A stretch of 63,717 nt of DNA, filler included, from Welwitschia mirabilis (taxonomy: Eukaryota), in assembly GCA_051453625.1 (NCBI GenBank). It is 4 parts of one record of this genome, joined end to end, with 100 filler letters (N's around TTAATTAATTAA, not from the genome) between each part and the next. Parts side by side here need not be neighbours in the genome. Positions count along the whole stretch, not along the records: positions 46,727 to 57,396 come from JBOZIK010000001.1; positions 57,497 to 63,717 come from JBOZIK010000001.1; 2 more parts are not named here. One strand, given 5' to 3'. Shown piece after piece: positions 54,170 to 63,717 of this stretch. The notes beneath the pieces were generated by a model. It saw nothing but the letters and a program-made list of their open reading frames with translations, did no database searches and was not told where the DNA came from. The number at the start of each line of letters is the position of its first letter. Within the stretch, counting starts at the first letter, position 1. Both the position numbers and the translations under genes were made by a program.

Positions 54170-57100
54170 GTGACATGGTCAATCTAGGAAAGAAGTATTA
54201 GAGAGAAACAATACTAAAAGAAGAGAACATCAAAGAAAGACTAATAGACTTTGAAATCAAATTTAATATACAATCTCTAAGTGCATACAATATTTATTTT
54301 AAAGTTTTTTTTTTTTTTTTTGAATCCAACCCTATGAAAGAAAATGTTTTATAAGAGAATTTAGAAGAACAAGATAATTTCACTATGTCAAGTGTTATGA
54401 AAAAACAAAAGCAAGTCATAGGGTCATCAATCCCCAGTCCCAAAGTGAACCTTATCCTTAAGGAGTTAATATCCAATAAGAAATTAAAAATTCAAACTCA
54501 TTTTGATTTATTCCCAGGTAATGATATTAAATTAAAAAATTTAAATTCTATTTTATCTTTAGTGGCAAACATGATGAGCATCCCTTTAATACATTGCACA
54601 CATCAAATAATTAGTTCTTATCTTAGAAAACAGAAAGAAAAGGATTAGTGATCATACCTACATGGTCATTTTTCCAATTACATTGAAGAGAAGATCAAAA
54701 CTTTGGTTAAAAACTAACCCCACAAAAGTCTAAAAGCATGGAACTAAGTCCAAAAATATTTATGAGTGAAGCAATCATTATGAAAAGAAAAAAGAAGTGA
54801 CAAATTTTCAACAACAACTAAATGTGGATTATGATCCCACATATAAATACTTCTTTATCATAATTCACTCTAATCTAGTAGATGCTTTTACATAAGACGA
54901 GCTAGTTAACTACTTTTACAGTGGGTTAAACTATTAAATGAAATGATTCATAGATTTCTTTTGTGATTGAAACTTAATAAACATCACACTAGAAAACACT
55001 TGAAAAACATTAAAAAAAGCTTGTGGAGGTAAGCCAAACTTGGCTAACATCAAAAGATAACAACACCATAGAACAAATCATAAAATATTTAAAAGAGGTA
55101 AAATAAGAAAAGGAGGTAAAAGACAACCGTGAAAACTTGATTAAAGAATTTACAACCACTTTTAAAAAGTATACTGAGATGATTTTAGATGCAAAATCAG
55201 TAACTAAAAAGAATGTTATGCCAACATGTCACTTATGTAAGGAAAACTATCACATGATTAAATATTATTCNNNNNNNNNNNNNNNNNNNNNNNNNNNNNN
55301 NNNNNNNNNNNNNNNNNNNNNNNNNNNNNNNNNNNNNNNNNNNNNNNNNNNNNNNNNNNNNNNNNNNNNNNNNNNNNNNNNNNNNNNNNNNNNNNNNNNN
55401 NNNNNNNNNNNNNNNNNNNNNNNNNNNNNNNNNNNNNNNNNNNNNNNNNNNNNNNNNNNNNNNNNNNNNNNNNNNNNNNNNNNNNNNNNNNNNNNNNNNN
55501 NNNNNNNNNNNNNNNNNNNNNNNNNNNNNNNNNNNNNNNNNNNNNNNNNNNNNNNNNNNNNNNNNNNNNNNNNNNNNNNNNNNNNNNNNNNNNNNNNNNN
55601 NNNNNNNNNNNNNNNCCATAAGTTTTATTAGCAATATCACCTCTTTCAAATTCCAACCAAGTAAGAAGAGATTGTAAGGTTGTAACATGAAGTGGGCATG
55701 AAGTAATCCCTTCTTCTTGTGAAGCATTAATATCTCAAAATAACACTAGATATGATGAGAAAGAAGAGGACATCAAAATATTAGAAAATTACAACTTCCC
55801 CTCTCTTGGTAAAAGTATTAAAAAAGAAAAATTATAACAATTAGAAAAGAAACTAGCTACCCCTTGTGTTGATAGCCTTAATACTAATTTAACTTTTNNN
55901 NNNNNNNNNNNNNNNNNNNNNNNNNNNNNNNNNNNNNNNNNNNNNNNNNNNNNNNNNNNNNNNNNNNNNNNNNNNNNNNNNNNNNNNNNNNNNNNNNCTA
56001 CCCCTTGTGTTGATAGCCTTAATACTAATTTAACTTTTAATGAATATCTCAAAACATTAATTAAAAATATGAGCATAAACTTATTCTTCCAGAAAATTTT
56101 GCAAGAAAATTCAAGGTACTCAAAGCTATGGAAAGGCTTGATAAGAAGTAAATAAAAATAAGTTACTTTTAACAAAGTCTTTTTAGCTCAATTCCCCAAA
56201 ACTTAATGTCATAAAAATCTCCAAAATTTNNNNNNNNNNNNNNNNNNNNNNNNNNNNNNNNNNNNNNNNNNNNNNNNNNNNNNNNNNNNNNNNNNNNNNN
56301 NNNNNNNNNNNNNNNNNNNNNNNNNNNNNAAAAGTAAAAAAAAAAAAAAAAAAATATTCACAACAATTAGAAAAGAAATCAGCTACCCCTTAGGTTGATA
56401 GGCTTAACACTAATTTAACTTTTAATGAATATCTCAAAACATTGATTAAAAATATAAGCATAAACTTATTCTTATAGAAACTTTTACAAGAGAATCCAAG
56501 GTACTAAAAGCTATGGAAAGGATTAATAAGAAGAAAATAAAAATAAGTTACTTTTAGTAAAGTCTTTTTAGTTCAATCCCCCACAAACTTAGTGTTATAA
56601 AAATCTCCAAAATTTAAGGATTCAAGGGTAGTAATAGTGAGTGTCACATTAGAGAAAGACAAAAAGATTAAGAGAGCTTTAATTAACATTGGATCAAGTG
56701 TTAATATCATGCCATTACACATTTGCAAGAGACTTAGTTTAGAAGGTAGAATAAAGCCTACTTGGATTCTCTTGGAATTAGCAGACACTTCAATTAAAAA
56801 ATCCTTAGGGGTAATTAAAGATTTAATGATCCAAATTAAAGACGCATTCTACCCAATAAATGTGGTTGCCATAGAAGTTAAACATAATGAAGGTTATCCA
56901 TTACTTTTAGGAAGAGCCTTCTATGTAATAGCCCGCTGCATTATTGACACAAGAACTAGGATGATAAAGTGTCATCTTAGAAATAGAAAGTCTTGATTAG
57001 AGTTTTTGATTTAGCTGAGAAAGACCTAGGTGAAAAATGGGATATAAAAAATAAAATCAAACAAACTTTATTTCATTAGCATCATCCATTTAAAGACAGA

Positions 57101-57396
57101 TGGCTAATGTTACACAAGCCCATACTTTATGATGGTCCACTTGAAATAAAGAACTTAGAAAGTTTTGATACATCCAATTGTGAGCATTTAGAAAAAATCA
57201 ATTTTTAGATCATAATAAAGTAAAAGTAGAACCCTTAATTTGCAAGAAAGTCCAACTATTAATAACAAATGAAAAATCACACTTTGAGGGAGATTGTCCG
57301 CTACATGAGTCTAAAAATTTTAATCTAAATCTGAAAAATATTCCTAGTGAATTAAAGTATATTTTTCTCTATAAATATTAAAACAAAGCTCTCATA
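54170..57396 (+). pseudogene. gag-pol: Degenerate Athila-like gag and protease, cut by the scaffold end before RT
   Basis: PTCHLCKENYHM (ORF 55137) and ORF 56637-56996 RALINIGSSVNIMPL...LELADTS...PLLLGRAF. Collinear with 28900-31620. Confidence 0.92.
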
Positions 57397-57496
57397 NNNN
57401 NNNNNNNNNNNNNNNNNNNNNNNNNNNNNNNNNNNNNNNNTTAATTAATTAANNNNNNNNNNNNNNNNNNNNNNNNNNNNNNNNNNNNNNNNNNNN
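57397..57496. other. Artificial scaffold-joining spacer 44N-TTAATTAATTAA-44N
   Basis: 12-mer at 57441-57452 flanked by 44 N on each side. Confidence 0.95.
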
Positions 57497-57511
57497 GTTT
57501 TAAGCTCCACA

Positions 57512-57514
<3 letters not shown>

Positions 57515-57567
<53 letters not shown>
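57515..57567. repeat. (GA)n microsatellite
   Basis: Direct reading. Confidence 0.98.
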
Positions 57568-57569
<2 letters not shown>

Positions 57570-57571
<2 letters not shown>

Positions 57572-58508
57572 ATAAATTCACTTATGTAAAACAAAAGAAA
57601 AGTGTCTTCTTTAATAAGAGAAGAAAGGATCTCTATATATAGATAAACAAAGGCACATAGATCAAGATCACAAGTTCATATGATCTAGCATTGATAAATG
57701 AAATGAGTAATAGATGACATTAGAGTATAAAAAGAAATCATATTTATGGCTTATACACCTAATTAGGATGAGTAATGTTCTTGTTTTAATTAGTAAGATT
57801 ACTTACATTTATCATTTCCTCATTCTAGCTCTTTTTAATCCTTTATAGGATTATAAGTAAGTTAAATTCATCTAAGACATGAATCAAAAGACCAAATGCA
57901 TAAAATTCAAAATTGTCATGTGGCATAATGAGATAATCTTTTCAATTCCAATGAATAAAACAATGGATATGCTATGAACCAAGTGCTCTTACACATCTCA
58001 AGAACATCAAAGTCATGGTAGAGTAAATCTACTCATTTATCCTTCTTGGTTTTAGGTAAGAGTGCATGCACTTATTTAAATAAATTTATTATTTTAAAAT
58101 GTATAGAAGATATCAATGTCATAACACAAAGAAGAAAATATCTACTCATAATATAGTACACCTATCATATTTACCAAGGATTTAAATGAGTAAATAAGAT
58201 GTAAAATATATCGTTATGTCATCTTGATCTTTTAATTTATTAGTTTTTATCATGTGATTTTAATTCCTCACATAATGGGATTCTGTACTTTTAAATGATA
58301 GGTTTTCTCATAAAAAATTTTAACATAATTTTTATCATTTCATGGTAAATTATAAATATTATAAACTAAGGTTAATTTTAAAATGACATTTATTTTGATA
58401 AGAAATTTAAATAAGAATAATTAATTATTTGACTAAAAGCTTAATATATGTAACTTTTAAGTAAATAAGGTTTATAAAATATGGGATATGATATTATCCT
58501 CCACTTAA
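57570..58508 (-). mobile_element. PPT and probable 3' LTR of a Del/Tekay-like element
   Basis: Minus-strand TTAAGTGGAGGATAA (58508-58494) is followed by TATCATATCCC, a decayed TGTCATACCC-type LTR start. A TATA-like CTATATATAG lies at ~57633-57642. Confidence 0.5.
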
Positions 58509-58689
58509 AATGATTCACTTTTAGGAATCAAGATACATAAAAAGCTTGAGAACACCTAACTACATATTATGAGATCTAAAAAGATTTTGGTTTTAACTTT
58601 TCATAATTTATTACTGCTCTATTATATATTAACCAATTCGTATCCAAAATAATGTTGTATTTTTCTAAGTCAATAACTATTAATTGTAT

Positions 58690-59350
58690 CTAGAAATTTT
58701 CCTTGCTTATGGTTAAACTACAATTTTCTTCTACCATCTTTACCTTTTCTGTAACCTCTGCTAGATGCTTGAGTCAAAACATGGACACTTTAGTAGCAAC
58801 AGAATGGAGAATACTATTAATAAAGAAATTTGATTTAGCTTTTTTATATAGATGCATACATAACATATATCTTAATAATTCTATAAATTTGTACTCTTGA
58901 GATCCTATGGTTACATTATGGGCTTATTTTAAATTATAGAATTTTGTGATCTTCTGACAAATATAGAACTTTGTGATGTACCTCTCTTAAAAGATGTGCT
59001 CAAATTCCCTCCATTAAATTTCTAGATCTTCTATCTTGGTCATTTTTGTTTTTGATAATATATTATCTTCTCCTTGTAACATATAAATAACTAAGAAAAC
59101 CTTTTCATGTTCATCACATCCTAAGGTACCTATAACTCTTTCAACATCACTTAGTTATGCTTCTATTTTAGAAGTATCTAAACCTTATACAAAATTTAAT
59201 GGATTTATTCTAATAATTAAATTAATTTCCTCTTACCTACTTCATCAAATTGATTGATACCATTATTTACTTTTGATTTTTAGCCTTGATTTACTAGTTG
59301 TAATAAGAACTGCATAAAGGTATTCATCAATGCTTCTGGATTAATATTGA
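58690..59350 (-). pseudogene. gag: Degenerate Del/Tekay-type gypsy gag (Retrotrans_gag-like)
   Basis: Manual translation: NPLNFV*GLDTSKIEA*LSDVERVIGTLGCDEHEKVFLVIYMLQGE, then WREFEHIF*ERY...KFYNLK*...EYKFIELLRY. This matches the chromovirus gag pattern NPPxFxGxxDPxxAExW...LQGEA...W.EF...F.NL.Q...EYE..F.ELSRY. Confidence 0.85.
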
Positions 59351-59395
59351 ATGAGGGTTAATTTTCATAATTATATTGTTAAATCCCTTGTTAAT

Positions 59396-59560
59396 TGTAA
59401 GACTCCAAATTTCTAGAATTGAAAATGTTCAAATTGACACTTTAATATCAAAATATAAGACCCCAAATTTATTTAGTTGAAAATCTTCAAAATTAATTCT
59501 CTGATATTAAAGTAAAAAGACCAAAAATAATCCTCACCCAAAACATCAAAAATTAACCTT
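59396..59560 (-). repeat. Tandem 58-59-bp units, each with an LTR-terminus-like motif and a decayed tRNA-Met PBS
   Basis: Units start TGTAAGACTCC (59396), TATAAGACCCC (59454) and TAAAAAGACC (59513). PBS-like ACTTTAATATCA (59439-59450) and TCTCTGATATTA (59498-59509) resemble GCTCTGATACCA. Confidence 0.65.
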
Positions 59561-61498
59561 ATAATCTTTTATCTATTATCTTAATAATATCATCACCTTC
59601 ATCTAAATAAAAATAAGATAATTGTAATAACTTTATCATAGCTTAGCTCTCACTGAAAGGTATTAATATGAATCTATAGTCCATTTACTTTATAATATTT
59701 ATATTATTCTAATACATTAAGGGGATTTATTTGTTGACTATTTATATAAAATAGAAATTTTAATTATATCTGAGACAAATTTAAATTTTCAAAAGATTAA
59801 TTAAAATACCTCTTAAAATCCATTTTTGTATAAGGATAAGAGATAACCAAATATAACCAAATGTAGTTAGGTATTATGCATATTAACCTAGTCACGTTAA
59901 ACGTAAATTACTCTCCTATATTTTAGATATTTAAGGAGAACACACTTAGTCCTAGTCAATTATTTAGTAGGTATTAAACTATGGTTATAAGTTGAATTAT
60001 TATATTTCTCATAAACTTAGGGCATAAATTTAGGTCTATAATATTTATACTTGTAACTAGCATTAGAAAATATACTCATATAATTTAACTAGTCAAAATG
60101 TTCTTTTGTGGATTTAAATACATGACCACCATCTTATTTTCTCATCGCCCAGTCTATGATCCATTGCACTGCTATGGCAAGCTGAGATTGAACTTAGATG
60201 TTTTAAAAAATAACTTTTTCTTCTAAATCATCACTGAAGCACTGAGTAGGGAGAAGAAGAAACATTTAAATTGGAAAAGATAACTAGAAAGTCATGCAAG
60301 AGCAGAGAATGCCATGAGAAGAAGTGGATATTGATTAGAGAACAACGACTCATGCTAAAGGGAACGCTATGCAGAAATAAAGGGACTACTATTATAAATT
60401 GGGACCTAGTACATGGAAAGAATGATATGGTTGGAATTGTGAGTCAATGCATTTGGAGAACATAGAGAAGAAGAAGATTACAAATGAATAGGGTATGTTA
60501 ATGGATGATGAAACAACTAGCTATAGAGAAAAGGGATATGGACAGTACTAAAAGTCAAGGAAAAACCACAATTCACCATTCATGTATTTATAAAAGGATG
60601 AGAAAACAATTGGAAATACACTTTTTTTAGCTGAGGGTAATTACATTTGAAAAGAAAAAAGATCTCATAATAGTGGAGAAGAGCTATGATAAGTGTGGAG
60701 GTGAAGAGCACTAAAGAGCCACTACCAAGAACTGAAAGTCTTGGCTAATAAAGACTAAACACTTTTGTGGATAATATTCTCAGTGTTAAAAAAAATTCAT
60801 GAAACACATGCATAAAAAGAGCACATAACAATTTATATGCAACATTAACAAGTATATCATCTCCTCTTTTTCTATTTTTACTCCAAATTTCAATATGTAG
60901 ATAGCTGATTATCTCAGCCTAAATAGATGACATCTCTTTTATTTTTGGGAAAATATACCTTCAATTGGCATGGAGGATGAACATATTAAACTATATGCAG
61001 AAATATGTAGGAATGCCCAAGGACTAAGAATGCAAATGAAATGGAAATGCATGGTTGAAGAATTCCTAAGACCAAGACTGAGATTGAGGATTGGGCTTAC
61101 ATTATGCAAGTTTCTATTTTATGTAAACATCCTCTTGTATGATGTAATAGTAAAAGTTACTGAGGAGGTTGAGATTGGTTATTAGTTTAAAGCCGAGTGC
61201 TATACTTATTTTACTCTTACTAATATTTTATTTAACTCCTTTCCTAAAATTATCATAGCATTGAATGCAATTTAAATTGTTGTCCTCATTACATATTTAA
61301 TAAAATTGACATGGCATTAAATGTAATTTAAGATTATCACCCTTAACAACACCTCTCCTTTTTCAAGATGTTAAGGTCCAATATTTAATTCTTAAAAAGT
61401 TGAGTCATGCCCTATCACACTCCATCTGATTAGTTTCACGAGCTTAATTTTTTGAATAAAGAGTTGGTTTTAATCTATTATTGATTTGCAATGATGCT

Positions 61499-61587
61499 AG
61501 AAATTGTTTTAGCTTGCAATATCACTTAGGAATTGCTTTAATTACAACATTGCTTAGGAATTATTTTAGCTTGTAATAGCATTTAAG
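61499..61587. repeat. Degenerate ~29-30-bp minisatellite, 3 units
   Basis: AGAAATTGTTTTAGCTTGCAATATCACTT / AGGAATTGCTTTAATTACAACATTGCTT / AGGAATTATTTTAGCTTGTAATAGCATTT. Confidence 0.7.
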
Positions 61588-62436
61588 GTAGATATATTTT
61601 AAAAAAATATATCCCTCATATTACACAAAAAGAATGTACTATAGGCATTTATGTCATCCCTTTTATTATTTAGAAAGACCCCTTAACGTTTTTTTCCCCA
61701 GCTTCTCCTTTAATATTATCTTATAATTAAAGGGTATTGTCTAACATTATAGCCTCTTATGCTTAATAAAGAAAATTCTTATTCAATCTTTCCATTTTAA
61801 CTAATAAATAAAATACTTTATTTGTATAGTACAAATTACCACTTAAAAAATGAATAATAGAATGCACAAGGAGTTCTTCAAGAATGTATCAAATAATGAT
61901 CACTCAAATATAATATTTCTTTGTAATAATATAATTCAAGGAAAGATATTCACTATACAATGCTTAATGTATCAGAACTAGAAAATTTTATAAAGTTGTA
62001 AGGGGCACACATAATAAAAATAGAATTTAAGTATTAGTTCATATCTAATAAAACATTATTCAAGAAAGGTACGTAGTGTCTCCAAATCACAGTAATATAA
62101 ACTCTGAAAATTTCAAGATTTAAGAAGGAAATACAATTTCATTCTACAAACGTTTCCAACAATTCTAGAATAATAATCTTTCATATCTTTATGCCCTCTT
62201 CAGTAATCATACTCTAATTTTTTCACCCGTCACACAAGGAATATGGAATGAGAACTATGAAAATCTCACAGCTCCCAATATGGTCTAACAAGAGATGGTA
62301 AGATAAGGATTTTTCAAATGTCATGATAGGAAGGACAAAAGTAAGAACTTCAAGAAATAAGTTATATCACAAGTACAATAATCTTATGGTTATGAAGTGA
62401 GAATAACTAGTTATAAACTTATATATATTTCAATCA

Positions 62437-62625
62437 CTTCACTGCCTCATTTGATGATCTGTAAAGTCCATTGGTTCATTCAATCATTTGTGGTTCTCAT
62501 ATAATAATTTTCACATTTTACTTCACTGCCTCATTCAGCAATTTATGAAGCTTACTATCTTATTCGGTAATCTATGATTAATCTATAATTTTCACTACCT
62601 CATCTAATGGTCTATGGAATTCTCA
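62437..62625. repeat. Degenerate ~70-85-bp repeats with a TTCACT(G/A)CCTCAT core, probably within another LTR-like relic
   Basis: The core occurs at ~62439, ~62522 and ~62591 with similar downstream sequence. Confidence 0.55.
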
Positions 62626-63717
62626 CCTTTCACTAACTTACTTGGAAATTAGTGGAATACTCATAACCATAAGTTCAGAAGAAATCATGGCATCAAGAGA
62701 AGTATGATAAAGGTATAATAATGAAGTATCAACTCATGATAAGAATAATTTATATTTAGGTTAACAAAGATATTGAATATAGAAAATAGTAAAAGTTAAT
62801 ACTTGGAATAAGATTATATCTAATTTATTAAGCATCACACATTTTTATATTTGATTCATAATAAAATAGACACAACAGACACAATAACAGAATGCCACCA
62901 ATAGGAAAGTAAGAAGGAATAAAATCATACCCGTATCAGATCATGGCATTCGATGACTTCGAAGATCTTCTAAGTTTTAAAAGCTCATATACTTCCTAAG
63001 CTCCAAGATTCAAAGGAAAAGTCTTTTTAGAAAATAATCTAGACTTGAGAAAAGGAGAACTCTTTTTATAATGCGAGAACGTGGGTAAAGTAAAAGGACT
63101 CAAGAATATATAAGAACACATCATGAGCCAACAATAATAATGGGGGTTTCATAACATCTCATAAAGGATTTCCTAATTACTGGGAACTTTAATAATATTT
63201 AAAAGAAAATGCTTTTATTCCATAACATTTAATCATAATAATGAAGAAAAATAATAAGCCTCCATAATTAACATTTAATCATACATAAATTCTAGGAAGG
63301 TGCAACAACAACAAATAAGCAAATGATATGATCGCCACTATAAGAATATTCTTGAAGATTTATAAACTAATATTTTAATCTTTATAAGACAAAAGGAACT
63401 CAAAGCACAATTTAATATAATAGCACCTCAAAAATATAATATTTATATTGATAGAATATTTAAAATAATTAAATCTTTTTAAAAAAATTTTAAATTTAAT
63501 GTTTACACCTTTTTTAAAGGAAATAAAAATATGGATATGATATTTGTCATCTTATTAAGAAGTTTTATTTTTAAAACTTGTCAAAAGATAAGGTATCCAC
63601 TAATTAGTATGTACTTTTATTTTCCAAGTTTTTACTTCTATAGATTAGTTGTATCATATTAATCTTGAAAATATTCTCCACAATATGTATTAAAATTTGC
63701 CTTTATAGACATACAAA

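Noticed and set aside
2662..56175. Long ORFs in the ORF track made mostly of X
   Set aside because: They are artefacts of translating N gaps.
56637..56996. Intact or domesticated aspartic protease
   Set aside because: The catalytic Asp reads Asn (INIGSS), and the ORF is a stop-free stretch within a decayed gag-pol.
60271..61185. Short ORFs 60271-60465 and 60970-61185 as host genes
   Set aside because: No recognisable domain or splice structure. The purine-rich sequence is consistent with repeat-derived DNA.

Overview
This is AT-rich, CpG-depleted eukaryotic DNA, almost certainly plant heterochromatin from a gappy draft assembly. I can support no intact host gene, intact RNA gene or CRISPR array. 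The window is four pieces joined by an artificial 100-bp spacer (44N-TTAATTAATTAA-44N). It consists mostly of decayed LTR retrotransposons: a Sirevirus-like Ty1/copia (minus strand, 1-~4.5 kb), a second copia remnant (+, ~8.7-10.4 kb), Del/Tekay-type Ty3/gypsy relics (~10.6-14.5 kb and ~57.6-60 kb), and a cluster of Athila-like Ty3/gypsy elements in both orientations (25.4-57.4 kb). It also holds a ~4.4-kb tandem segmental duplication, short tandem duplications and microsatellites. I found no convincing novel biological system. The most notable structures are: an Athila LTR apparently shared by two tandem internal regions; a gag-only gypsy element with tandemly repeated LTR-end/PBS units; a PBS and PPT only ~60 bp apart; an opposite-strand RT/LTR junction; and diverged duplications flanking many gaps. 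All alignments and translations outside the ORF track were done by eye, so boundaries are approximate.
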